Source: the human T2T-CHM13v2.0 reference genome, Homo sapiens
Strand: one strand, 5' to 3'
Assembly: GCF_009914755.1 (NCBI RefSeq)
Contig: NC_060946.1
Length of the DNA: 64,000 bases
Part shown: piece after piece, positions 1 to 33,229 of the stretch
Layout of the letters: each line of letters starts with the position of its first letter
How positions within the stretch are numbered: the stretch's first letter is position 1
The notes under the pieces: generated by a model
Database searches by the model: none
What the model was told of the DNA's origin: nothing
What the model saw: the letters and a program-made list of their open reading frames with translations, nothing else
Translations under genes and position numbers: made by a program

Positions 1-2747
1 AGCGGGTCCTTCAAGGAGAGCCAGGTGTGGGTTACAGTGAGGAGGCAAAGGGGAGATTCAGGGAGAAGGCTGAGGCTCTGGAGGACACACGGGGGTGTGT
101 CTCTTCCCTCCCTTCTAGAACCCCAGGCTGAAGCCACCTGGCCTCCACTCAGAAGCCTCTGCTGTGTCTCTGCTGGGGTGGGAGGGGTCTGTGGCTAAGC
201 CTCAGGGGACCTGCAAACCTCTTGAAAGTGCCTGTGTGAGCCTGTTCTCATTCCCCAGGGACCTCAGGGGGTCCTGGACCAAAAAAAATGCCAAGGACCC
301 TCACGCTAGAGCAGTACCTGAGTCCCCAGTTTCAAAGCCCAGCACAGGCCCTTCCTGCCCACAGGCTCCCCACAGGGCCCCTCCTCTGTCCTCTGGGCCT
401 TTCCTAGTACCTTGTCTCTGTAGGGCCTTTCCCTCCAGCTGGTGGAGTCTTCTGGACCCCTTAAGGTCTATCTCTACCCCAGCCACCCCAGTGGAGCCTT
501 TCCCACGCCCTCTGGTCAACACACTTGGCCTTCAGCAACCATGGATACATCTAGCCACTCGGCAGATATTTACCGTGCACCCACGGAGAGCGTGGCACAC
601 CACCAGGCATCAGGAACGCAGAGGAGACTTGGCCCCAGGCCCTGTCCCTCAGGAGCCCTGCAGTCTGGAGGGGAAACAGATGTGGAAACAGACCCACGGC
701 AACCTAAGGCAAGAGGGGCTGTGTCTTGGCCACATGGGGGGTGCTGAGGCTCTGAGTGGGAACAGGACAGGCCCACAGAGCAGGAGCCGTGTGTCCAGCC
801 AAGGAGTTGGGAAGGAGCATTCTTAGCAGAAGGAGAAGCAAGGGCAAAGAGGCCGTGTCGGGGACAAGGCCTGTGTAGGGAATACAAGGCCCCACTCTAA
901 AGTTATCTCACTGAAGGCTGGGTACAGAGCCTCCTTTTCTCGCAGAGACCTGCCGCTTTCCACTCTGCTTGGTGAAGATGGGATGTGGGAGGACTGAATG
1001 GATGGAGGAGCTGGCCCCAGAGTACGTGGCCAGGACACAGGGCACTCCACTTATCTGAGGTTTCTGATAAGCAGTTTTATGGCAAAGTCCCAGTCCAGAG
1101 AGCCTCAAAAGTCAGCTCCCGGTAGGGAAGCACAGATCACACACTTCTATCATCCTTCCCAGGATGCCTGGGAGGTACAGCCCTGTTTCTGCTGAGATAC
1201 CAGTGAGAGGCTGGTTGATTTCATCAAATGTCATCTGTTACAAGTCAATGCCAGCCGTAAATGATTAATCTGTACCAGGAACAGAAGTATCTATGCTATC
1301 ATAGTGTACACAGGCATATTACAAGTGACCCCTGGGGGCTCACACGGGGAGAGCCAGGGCCCCCGCACCATAGGTCAGGCAGGAAGGGCCAGGATCAGCC
1401 CAGGCGGGTGGAGCTCCACTCAGCTCGCCACACTACAAAGCAGCCCTGATGTAAGAAAGGTAAACGAGTGGGTTCTGGAGCCAGGTGACAGGGTCTGAAT
1501 AATCGCTACGCTGACCAGCTGTGTGATCTCAAATTCTGCAAGCCTCTGTTTCCTCATCTGTAATAGGAGGTCAGTAATGACCCCACCTCGTGGGACTGTC
1601 GTGAGGATAACATGAGTTACTACTTAGACTAGTGCCAAGCCCAGGCATGCAGGACCTGCTGGGAAACTGCAGATGCTCCTGCTGCTGTCGCTGTCTGTAT
1701 CAGCAGGGTCCAGTCTCTCCGCCCAGCAGCAGTGCTGTGGGACTCTCCGGCCTTAGGTTATACAACCCAAGAATTCAGAAGCTCCTAATTCCATCCCCCA
1801 GGTCCATCCAGAAGCTCAGCCTGGCAGCTCACTGCAGCAACAGCAGCAAAAGAACAACAGAAACTCCTCCACCTGGAGCGGAAGGCTAGCAGCCCACGCT
1901 CACTCTAACACGCGTCAAGTACTCAGGACAGTCCAGAGGCCTCTAGGGCAACACAGGAGGAAGATCGTTTAGAAGGCAGAAACTCAGCCCTGGCCAGAGG
2001 CAAGTCCAGTGCACCAGGCCTGCTCTCCACAGACCGCAGGGTGTTGAGAGGAGCTGGGAGAATACTGCAATGACCACCCCCGGCCCTGGAGAACCCCAGG
2101 GCTCCAGCAGTGCCCTGACCCTCCTCCACAGCCTCGACCCCACCCCACCCCATCGCAGCCCTCACTCCAGGTCACAGCCTAGGCCTTGGCATTACTGCTT
2201 CTGGGACCCCTGATAACCTCAAACCCTGCATCCCAGTCCCCATCCTCCACCTCCCACTTCCCAGCTCACTCCTTCAACTGCCCTCAATGCAACAGTCCTC
2301 CACCCTCCACCCAGGTGGCACAGAGGGCCTGGCACACAGCAGCCCTCAATGAATACTCTAAAGCTAAATTAATATATCACATTCATTTGTTCCACAAACC
2401 TGATCTACGCCAGGCACCTGCTGGGGGCTGGGCACACTGTCATGAACCCAACAGATACAGTCCCTCCCCTCACAAGGTCTGTGGCCTACCAGGAAAGCAG
2501 GATCCCCAGTGCAGGGACGGGTGCCATGGGATGCCCAGCAGAAACTCCTAATCCAGCCTGCAGGTCAGGGGAGGGCAAGAGGAAGGAAGGCAGGCAAAGA
2601 AAGGGGAGTATTCCAGGCCACAGCAAGAGCCTGGGCAAAGGCCAGGAGCACAAGGCGGCATGAGCTGAGAATACAGAGGCAGAAACTTGATCACACTGGG
2701 CCCTTTTAAGCCATTAAGCACCTGATGTGTTAAGAAAACAGGAAGCT

Positions 2748-3107
<360 letters not shown>

Positions 3108-3269
3108 TCAGATTTGCCCTCTGGAAACAGCGCTGTGACAGCAGCTTGGAAGAGGATGAGAGGAGTGCAGGCCACAGCCGGAGCAGCAGGAGACACGTGC
3201 ACAACGACTGTGGTCTGGAGAAGCGAGCCAGCAGCAAGACGGAGGGGGAAAGAACCTCTGATTTTCGAC

Positions 3270-3480
3270 TGGCACTTGGCTGTCTGCAACACAGGCAACA
3301 CTTCCCAGCATCCTTTGCAGTTAGCTGTGGCCATGTGACCGGGTTCTGGCCAATGCGTGCAACTTCCATGAAATGTCCCTGAGGAGGGGGAGATTGACCT
3401 TCTGCACCCTGCCCTTCCACCCTCCCTCTGGCTGGAAAGGTGGATGTGATGGCTGGATCTGGCACAGCCAGTTGCAATGA
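3270..3480. mobile_element. Old ERVL-class LTR fragment (LTR16/LTR33-like)
   Basis: cacttcccagcatcctttgcagttagctgtggccatgtgac...ttctggccaatg resembles the LTR16/LTR33 consensus core. Confidence 0.55.
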
Positions 3481-3604
3481 TGCTATCTGCTGAAATGGAA
3501 AGGTTCGGGTGGGAGCAGGTTAGAGGGGAGAAGATAAAAAAGACTCCAGAGCTATGACTGTGAAAATAAATAAATCAATAAAATTTAGAAATAAGACAAA
3601 CAAA

Positions 3605-4443
<839 letters not shown>

Positions 4444-5723
4444 TTAGGTGTAGCTAAGAAGCTGCTGACAAAGGACTAAATCCTCCTGGGATGGAGGTCT
4501 GCCCACACTGGGGCTTAAGCTGGCTGAGACAAATCTGGAATCCTGTCAAGGGATTTTACAACTGACAGAACTTGGTGATTATTGGTACGTGGAGATTAGT
4601 GGTATCCCCAGGGCCGTGTATCTCAAAAGTGGGGCTGTCCAGCTCTCCAAGGAGTGGACCCGCTGCCCTGGTCAGCTGTGCCTGAGTGGGGCTCTGGAGC
4701 TACAAGTGCAAGCCTGCCCCATCCAGGGTCAGTCCTGATCGAGTCCAGCTGGAAGGCGGTCTGCTCAGCCCCATCTGCACTCAGAATCTGGAATGGCCCC
4801 ACTGTATTAAAACTGGTGCCTGCACTGGCCACTGAGCTGCATTTAGCCCAAGCACCTGCTGTGGGTGCCTCTGCCTCAGGTTCCTTGTGGAGCCAGGCTC
4901 TGAATTCTCACCTGATTGGATGGGGCCCTGATACCTGCCTTGCTCTTCTGTTGGTGGCAGCCCCTGGCCCCCAGCCTGACACTTTCAGAGACCCCTCCTG
5001 CCATGCCTCTTTAGTCAGAATGAGTCCCCAGCTGCTTCCTTCAGCCTCACTCTCACCAAAGCCCTGCATGCACCTGGGATCCAACCAGAGCCACCTGCCT
5101 GCAGGCTCACACCTCCACACCTCTGCACGGCTGGAACGACCTTATCCATTTTGTTCTGCCACACAGGCTCCTCCTCACTCTTCCAGACGCAGAGTAGCTC
5201 TCAATCACCTCCTTGTGATCCACACTGTTTCCTAGGCTCTCCCTCTGTCACAGCACTCCTCAAGGGGTGCTATGACGCCTGTTTGCACCGGACCTCCCCC
5301 ACCAGACTGTACGTTCCTTAAAGACACAGGACATGTTTGTCATCTCACAGGCCAGCCAGGACTGGCCCGAAGCCCAGGACTCTGGAGACACTGGAGGTGC
5401 TTGGTGCATGTTGAATGGATGGCTGACAGGACAGCCAGATGGATAGGTGAGCGGAAACAGGGATATCTGTCTGAGCCCAACTAGATGCCAGTCTGCCAAG
5501 CACTGCTGGGGCCTGCATTTGGAACCTTGGCTGCTTCTCCCCTTTTCCCAACCAGCTCTGCCGTTGGCCCGGTTCCCTCAGGCCTGTCCTGGCTTTTGAG
5601 CCTTCTCTTCAGGCCCAGGGGAGTCCCAGCATGCCCCAAGAGGCAACAGCTCTGTCCAGCCTTCCTAAGCAAACCCTGGGCAGCCCCTATGAGAACGGCC
5701 ATGCCCTTAAAGAGCCAGGGCTA

Positions 5724-6063
<340 letters not shown>

Positions 6064-6373
6064 TTATCTGATGTGGACACTCTCAGTCTCCCTGTCCTTC
6101 CTTCTTCCCTTTGTCCATATAGGTCGAGCCTCCAGGCCAGAAACAACCCAGGCTTCCATCCTCAGCCTCGTGCTGGGACACTGATGGGCCAGAAGTGTGG
6201 AGTCTCGGAAGCCCTTCCCTCTGGTCCAAGAGTACAGTCTCCCCTCTCTCCCACCCCTCTCCAGACCCCTCAGACAGAGACTCAAAGAAACTGCTTCTCG
6301 GCCAATAAGACCTCCAATCCGAGACGTGGGGGAGTGAAAGGAGAGAAGTATGTTCCCGCTGAGCATCACCCAC

Positions 6374-6582
6374 CGGAATCCACTCTGTGAGTTCCTGGGG
6401 TTGACCAGGACGCAGTCCCAGGTGCGGTTGGGAGTGTTCTGGAACAGAATCAGCTGCCCTTCCTCCCGAACTCGGTCACTCGAGGTGTAGTCGGCCACAG
6501 CCACCTCCTTCACCCGGAATGGGTTAGAGAACAAGTTGGTGACGCCACTGAAGGTATTGACCAGGCGGCCAAAGAACTGCAT
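6374..6582 (-). CDS. PLA2G6: PLA2G6 first coding exon (calcium-independent phospholipase A2 beta, group VIA), 209 nt CDS
   Basis: ATG at 6582 gives [70 protein letters not shown], the known iPLA2b N-terminus; donor CG|GTGGGT at 6374/6373. Confidence 0.97.
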
Positions 6583-6627
6583 CTTCTGCGGGGCAGGTGG
6601 GGAGGCCCCACCGTCTTCCCCCTCTGT
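6583..6627 (-). other. PLA2G6: 5'UTR part of PLA2G6 exon 2
   Basis: Acceptor ttttcttccag|ACAG at 6628/6627, 45 nt upstream of the ATG. Confidence 0.85.
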
Positions 6628-7034
6628 CTGGAAGAAAACGAGGTCTCTGGTCAGCCAGGCACAGTCTCCCATGCCCATCTCACCCAGTGCAGCGGTTTCC
6701 TGCACAGACACCCAGATCACTCCCCACCAGCGTTGTCCCCAGATCCTGGGCCTGGAGGGATCTTAAAAGGAGGGGAAAGAAAGAGAAACAACACTGAGTG
6801 GGAGGTAAAAGTGACAGAACCCTCAGGCCAGGCTGGCTACCTAGAAGGCTGTTCCCCTGTGCTGCCACTGTGCACAGGTGACCTTAACTGCCTGCTTCCT
6901 GACCCAGTGTCCCAGCAGAGACTCAGTTTCCTCACCTGTAGTGTGTGGTATTGACCAAAGGAGATAGCACATGTGAACATACATTATAGGCAGTAATGCC
7001 CTGGGCAAATGGAGGGTTCTCACTAAATAAGTTA

Positions 7035-16950
<9,916 letters not shown>

Positions 16951-17293
16951 AATACTTCAAGTTTGAAAAGCCTAAGTTTGAGGTGCTGAGTAAGCAACTA
17001 GATTTGAGTATGTCATTCCAGGGAAAGGTCTGGACTGGACTGGGGATATAAATTTGTGGGCTGACAGAATAGAGACGGCACTTAAAGAAATAAGACTGGA
17101 TGAGATCACCATCCGAAAACGAGAAGAGGCATTTAAGACATGACCCTATCAAAATCCACTGTGAAAGACACAGAACATATTCTCCCAGGGAGCCACCCTC
17201 TACAAAGTGAAGTTTGTAACACACTCTTCACTACGGCCCCTTACTCCTTGCCTACCTACTTCCCCCAGCACACACACCCAATAGATGTCTGCA

Positions 17294-17294
<1 letters not shown>

Positions 17295-17336
<42 letters not shown>
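17295..17336. repeat. (CA)n microsatellite, ~21 units
   Basis: Directly visible. Confidence 0.97.
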
Positions 17337-17343
<7 letters not shown>

Positions 17344-18815
17344 AAATTTCTCCTTTCTGTATCTCTTAGTGATGTCATTCTGCTGAGTAAGAGGGAAACT
17401 CCCTTTTGGGGAGTCTCTCATGTAACAAGAAAGTAATCCACGGAAGGAACAAGAAGTGTTCTAAACAGTAGCAAACCTTACACATCAGGACAATCACACA
17501 GGCTCTGGTGTCAGATTCCAGCTTCAACCTCATCGGTGTGACCTCAAGCAACTCATGCGCCCTCTTTTTCTCATGTGAAGTGAGAATATCATTGGCCACA
17601 CCAAGGGTAGCCTAGAACATCAGACAGTCCGTAAATATTTGTTAGATAAACGATGACTGAATGAATGGTGAAGAGAACATATACAGAAGAGCCTGACTCA
17701 CAAGAGGTGATGAACAAACACTGCCAAATGATACACTGAAAGACAAGGGACCTCCTGCTCATCCTTCTCTCCTTGTCTTCTCATTCTAGCCCTTTCCCTT
17801 TCCACTCCTTTCAATTCTGCCTATGACCCAACAGTAAAATCATGTATTTGTACAGGGCCATACTGGTTATAAAGCTTTACCTTCTACATTTTCTCATTCA
17901 AATTTTGAACCTCATGGCAGACTTACGAGGGCAGGAGGTACAGTTCCCCTGTCACAGATGAGGAAACTGAGACTTGGACAGAAAACAGGTTCCAAACTCC
18001 AGGCAGAAACTCTAACAAAAACAATGCATTCAAAAACAATGCATTCAGCCCAAGGGTGCAGCCTCAACGTTGCCAAACCGAACCTGCCTGACATCCTGTT
18101 GGGCGGGTAAGAGGCAGGTGAGGGAAAGACCCAGAAGCTAGGGGGAGGTATTCGTTGGGGTCATGTGGGTAGCCCATTAAAAATACGGCCACAGGTCCCC
18201 TTGCCCTGTGCCCTCCCTGTCCCACACCCACAGGCTTGCCCCGACCCAGTCCCATGATCACCCTGGTCACATGCTCCCTGTCACCAGCTTCCAAGTCATC
18301 TGTGGGAGCAGGAGGTGGACACAGGATTAGGGGTGGGAGACTCTGGGGTGGCCAGGCTGAGGGGAAGGAGGGAGCATGTCGGGGGCAGGTCTGGAGGCAC
18401 GCGAGAGAGGAAAGGCAAGGAAAAAAAGCAGGGAGGAAAGGCAGGAGAAGCAGGGAGTGAGAAATGAGTAGAGGCACCACGAAAGGTGGAGACGGACGTG
18501 AAGTGGGGAATCAAGTGAGCACTTAGAGGAGCACAGGAAGGAAAATTAGGACGGCCAATGGGGCCTAAAGAGGCACTGAGGGTCGGGGAAAGAGAAGAGA
18601 TGGATTGACTCGGGAAGTTAGGGATACTGAGGGAGACACACGGAGGAGACTGGGGTTCAGGGGAGAAACTCAGGGTCGAAGCTGGGGTCCCTGGGGTCCA
18701 CAAGTTCGAGATGAGACACGGGCGGTCTCGGGATGGGAATTGGGGACGCAGGGGGATGAAAAGATGGAAGGTGGGGGCACTCAGGGAGTCACATAAGGGT
18801 TAATGGAGGACATGC

Positions 18816-18910
18816 CTCAGAATCGGAGACACGAGGAATATCCAAAGGAGGGTCCGGCGGAGACTTGGGAGTCCGGAGCGCCGAGGAAGTTGGGGAACGG
18901 ACCCCCAGGC
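18816..18910 (-). other. PLA2G6: PLA2G6 non-coding exon 1 (5' end approximate), probable GC donor
   Basis: Lies in the CpG island; ends ...GATTCTGAG|GCATGT. This matches my recollection of the mRNA 5'UTR junction (...ttctgag-acagaggg...), which I could not verify. Confidence 0.65.
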
Positions 18911-19280
18911 CCCGCCCACCCGCGAGGTCACTCACCTCGGCTTACTCAGCACTTCTACTTCCTCCTACTTCCGCAAACAAACGGGCCTCGGGCCACGTGA
19001 TGGCCTGACCACCGCTCTCCGCCAATCACTGGTGGCCCTGTCCCAGGCCTCCTCTAGGCTCCGCCCCCGCGCCCGAGGACGGCGGGAGGCGGGGTCCGCC
19101 ATTTTTTTTAACTGCCCAATGGAAGGGGCTCCCTTAGCCAGGAGGACGAGCTTTCGGCGGGAGCCAATCCTCGGCGGCGAGGCGCGGCCATGTTTGTGCG
19201 GGGCAGAAGGTGCCCGGCTTCTTGGCAGTCCTGTTGATGAGGGCCAGGAGTCCTACCCTAGTCCGCCTTCCGCCTCCTAA
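18820..19280. promoter_or_regulatory. PLA2G6 CpG-island promoter
   Basis: CpG-rich; ETS ACTTCCG 18967-18973, E-box CACGTG 18994-18999, CCAAT boxes (~19022, ~19116, ~19164), YY1-like CCGCCATTTT 19096-19105, several GC boxes; no TATA seen. Confidence 0.85.
18936..18990 (-). other. PLA2G6: Candidate alternative PLA2G6 first exon (upstream TSS)
   Basis: Strong donor GAG|GTGAGT at 18936/18935 and a second donor TGA|GTAAGC at 18946/18945, just downstream of promoter motifs. Confidence 0.5.
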
Positions 19281-19406
19281 AGCGACCAGAGCCTGGAGTC
19301 TGAAGTTACTGTTAATGATTGCTCGTAAAGATAAAAATAAAGGCAACAGAGGCATAGGGCATAACAAGGAGGAACCTGTTTTGATTTTTGCCAGGTAGCC
19401 TCAAGC

Positions 19407-19941
<535 letters not shown>

Positions 19942-20340
19942 CACACCCTGAGCCAGTCTCAGGAAATACCTTAGCACTTTCAGTAGGAACTTGGGCAAAT
20001 GATCTCTGTGAACCTCAGACCCATCATCCAGGAAGTGGGCACAGTAATACAAGATTGTTGTAATATCTAGAAGTAAATTGGTCCCCATTCGTGCACATAG
20101 TGGGATTTCAATAAATGGCAGTTGTTAGGGTTAATAATGCCGATAATGAGGTATTTTGCAGAGAAGCCAGGAGACTAGACTTTAGTCACACATCTGCTTC
20201 GGACTGAGCAGGTCATGTCCTCTCTTCAGCCCACTGGCTTGGTTGGACCTTTTCTTTCCCTAATAATCACCCAACCCTAGGTCTAGATGAATCTGCCAGA
20301 CTGCTCTCCATTTACGTGGGAAGTATAGTTGCGGGTGTCA

Positions 20341-25855
<5,515 letters not shown>

Positions 25856-26110
25856 TCAGGGCTTGTGCCCTCCACAGGAGGGAAGTGGGCTCCTCAGGAG
25901 GTGACCCTGAGCTGTGAGGCAGCAGCCAAGTGTGTTCCCATCCCAAGGGCAAAAGCCAGGCCTGGTCAGGAAGGGCAGGATTTCCCTACTCTGGGGGGAC
26001 CTCAGCCCAGCTCAGGGGTTCACAGGACAGACTGCGGGCTGAGGAGAAGCTGGTTCTCAGGAACAGGGAACCAGGGAGCTTCACAAGGAAGCTGGCTTAA
26101 ACCTGAGTCC

Positions 26111-27627
26111 TGAAGGATGGTGAAGGATGGAGAAGGGTGGAGAGGGATGGAGAGGAATGGATAGGGATAATGAGGGATGGAGAGGGATGGTGGGGGATGG
26201 TGGGGGATGGAGAGGGATGGAGAGGGATGGTGGGGGATGGTGGGGGATGGTGGGGGATGGAGAGGGATGGTGAGGGATGGTGAGGGATGGTGAGGGATGG
26301 TGGGGGATGGAGAGGGATGGAGAGGGATGGAGAGGGATGGTGGGGGATGGAGAGGGATGGTGAGGGATGGTGAGGGATGGTGGGGGATGGTGGGGGATGG
26401 AGAGGGATGGAGAGGGATGGAGAGGGATGGTGAGGGATGGTGGGGGATGGTGGGGGATGGAGAGGGATGGAGAGGGATGGAGAGGGATGGTGGGGGATGG
26501 AGAGGGATGGTGGGGGATGGTGGGGGATGGAGAGGGATGGAGAGGGATGGTGGGGGATGGAGAGGGATGGTGGGGGATGGTGGGGGATGGAGAGGGATGG
26601 AGAGGGATGGAGAGGGATGGTGGGGGATGGTGGGGGATGGAGAGGGATGGAGAGGGATGGTGGGGGATGGTGGGGGATGGAGAGGGATGGAGAGGGGTGG
26701 TGAGGGATGGTGAGGGATGGTGAGGGATGGAGAGGGATGGTGGGGGATGGTGGGGGATGGAGAGGGATGGAGAGGGATGGAGAGGGATGGAGAGGGATGG
26801 TGGGGGATGGTGGGGGATGGTGGGGGATGGAGAGGGATGGAGAGGGATGGTGGGGGATGGTGGGGGATGGAGAGGGATGGAGAGGGGTGGTGAGGGATGG
26901 TGAGGGATGGTGAGGGATGGAGAGGGATGGTGGGGGATGGTGGGGGATGGAGAGGGATGGAGAGGGATGGAGAGGGATGGTGGGGGATGGTGGGGGATGG
27001 AGAGGGATGGAGAGGGATGGTGAGGGATGGAGAGGGATGGTGGGGGATGGTGGGGGATGGAGAGGGATGGAGAGGGATGGAGAGGGATGGTGGGGGATGG
27101 TGGGGGATGGAGAGGGATGGAGAGGGATGGTGAGGGATGGTGAGGGATGGTGGGGGATGGTGGGGGATGGAGAGGGATGGAGAGGGATGGTGAGGGATGG
27201 AGAGGGATGGTGGGGGATGGTGGGGGATGGAGAGGGATGGAGAGGGATGGAGAGGGATGGTGGGGGATGGTGGGGGATGGAGAGGGATGGAGAGGGATGG
27301 TGAGGGATGGTGAGGGATGGTGAGGGATGGTGGGGGGTGGAGAGGGATGGAGAGGGATGGTGGGGGATGGAGAGGGATGGTGAGGGATGGTGGGGGATGG
27401 TGGGGGATGGAGAGGGATGGAGAGGGATGGTGGGGGATGGAGAGGGATGGTGAGGGATGGTGGGGGATGGTGGGGGATGGAGAGGGATGGAGAGGGATGG
27501 TGGGGGATGGAGAGGGATGGTGAGGGATGGAGAGGGATCGTGAGGGATGGTGGGGGATGGAGAGGGATGGAGAGGGATGGTGGGGGATGGTTAGGGATGG
27601 TGAGGGATGGTGAAGGATGGCGAAGGA
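26111..27627. repeat. Minisatellite/VNTR, 10-bp unit (AGA/TGG/TGA)GGGATGG, ~151 copies
   Basis: Perfect 10-bp phase across ~1.5 kb; three main unit variants; degenerate tgaaggatgg units at both ends. Confidence 0.98.
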
Positions 27628-27841
27628 CATGAGGATTTGGAGAGGCTGAGCAGGGGTATTTCAGGCAAAGATGCAGGGTGTGTGCCAAGCCTCTCACGAT
27701 GGGGGAATCTAATGTGGAGTTCTTGAGGGTCAGAGTGTGCAAGCTCTTAATCCCTTTGTCCCTTCTCTTGTGCTTCTCGTCCTCATTTATGTTTTGTCAG
27801 CCATTAATTATGAAATACCTGCTATGTGCATGACCTTACTC

Positions 27842-28955
<1,114 letters not shown>

Positions 28956-29190
28956 TGATAATCCTCTTTTATGTCCCAGGGGCTCCTGAAATTCTACTGC
29001 AAATCACACATTCATGAGTAGGCTGAATCACTGTGCCCCCAGGATGCAATGGTAATGAAACGGAATTGCAGGGATCTCCAGAGAATCAATCCGTGTTTGG
29101 CTGCCCTGCCATAGCGTTACACAGGGCATGAGGGCAATCAGTGATATAAACACAGTCCCCACTGTCAGGGAGCCAAAGGACATTGTAGGA

Positions 29191-29727
29191 CCGAGGTCCC
29201 CAACCTTTTTGGCACCAGGGACTGGTTTTGTGGAAGACAGTTTTTCCACGGAGCCGGGGGATGGTTTGGGAATGATCCAAGTCCATTACATTGATTGTGC
29301 ATTTTACTTCTATTATTATTACATTGTAATACATAATGAAATAATTATACAACTCATCACAATGTAGAATCAGTGGGAGCCCTGAGCTGGTTTTCCTGCA
29401 ACTAGATGGTCCCATCTGGGGGTGATGGGAGACAGTGACAGATCATCAGGCAGACAGATCATCATATTCTCATAAGGAATGCAAAACCTAGATCCTTCGC
29501 ATGCGAAGTCACAATAGGGTTTGAGCTCCTATGAGAATCCAATGCCGCCGCTGATCTGAGAGAAAGTGGAGCTCAGGTGGCAATGTGAGTGAGCAATGGG
29601 CAGCGGCTGTAAATATGCTGTAAATATCGATGAAGCTTCACTCGCTCACCCGCCCGCCGCTCACCTCCTGCCGTGCAGCCGAGTTCCTAACAGGCCATCG
29701 ACCCAGACCAGGGGTTAGGGACCCCTG
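29191..29727 (+). mobile_element. MER1A-like hAT-Charlie DNA transposon, near full length
   Basis: Starts ...ggtccccaacctttttggcaccagggac, ends ...ggggttagggacccctg (TIRs); ~540 bp. Confidence 0.8.
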
Positions 29728-29846
29728 TTCTTAGAAACTAATGATACTCTCTTCCTTCCTCCCTGTCTCGCCACAGCCTGACCCTCTTGCTTGAGCCTAG
29801 GACAAGGCCCAGTGGAACAAGGACAACTCCTCCATTCATCCCATTA

Positions 29847-32100
<2,254 letters not shown>

Positions 32101-32437
32101 AAAAAATTAAAAGGAAGGGAGATTGCAACACCATTGCATGCTGTCAAAGGTCAAGACAGATTAGGGCTAAAATTGGACCTGGATTTAGTAACAAAGAGGC
32201 CACTGGGACCCCGGCCAGAGTCCCTTCAGAGGTTTCTTGAGGGCAGCCCTCAGCCCGTGAGGGATTGGGAATGAGAGGCAGTGAGAACCCAGAGGCAATG
32301 AGTGGGGATGACTTGAGGTTTGCCCACAAAGGGAAGAAAAAACAAGGGTGGGTGTTAGGGTGAGGGTGGAGTGAAAGGTGGGGTTCAGGGGTGGCTGCTA
32401 GAGATGACAGCCACTTGGAGACATTTCAGTCCCATCT

Positions 32438-32752
<315 letters not shown>

Positions 32753-32896
32753 TCAGAGGGAGGGGATGGGGACTGGGGTGTGGGCATGGGGATTCTGGAA
32801 GGAGGAGAGGTAGGTTTAGGGCAAGACAAAGGACAGCCTCTGAAGGGACTGGGAGGGAGAGGGAAGGGCAGGTGCAGAGGGTCGAGGCAGTGCCTA

Positions 32897-33229
32897 TCAC
32901 ATGGCCTCTGCTTCCTCTGGAAGTGGCAGGAGAGCAGGTTCGATGGAGATGAGGATGAAGGCCTGCGGATGAAGGAGAAAGGCGAGTACTCCAGGGATTC
33001 CTGGCAGCTCTGAGGATCTGGCTGTGACTGGAGAAGATGACCTTGTCGTGACCGCAGCTGTTGTTGCAGTGGTGGTTGTGGTCGCGATGGTGGCTTCTCT
33101 CCAGAAGCCAGAGCAGCTGGCATGCAGGAGTGAAGTGCACGGAGCAGCAGTGCCCCAGCGATGGTTTTACAGGCTTGGCACAAAAGGACTCAGACCAGGG
33201 CTGGCACATCTCCAGGTATATTGAAGCTG
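32897..33229 (-). pseudogene. Candidate decayed protein-coding terminal exon of an unidentified gene
   Basis: Pyrimidine tract plus CAG|CAG acceptor at 33230/33229; C/G-ending codon pattern; reconstructable with two small frameshifts to a TGA TAG double stop; no repeat family recognised. Confidence 0.4.

Noticed and set aside
6064-6720. 218-aa ORF extending PLA2G6 exon 2 on both sides
   Set aside because: The extensions run through clear acceptor (6628) and donor (6373) sites; only 6374-6582 is coding.
26111-27627. CRISPR-like or telomere-like array
   Set aside because: No unique spacers and no TTAGGG periodicity; it is a 10-bp minisatellite in eukaryotic DNA.
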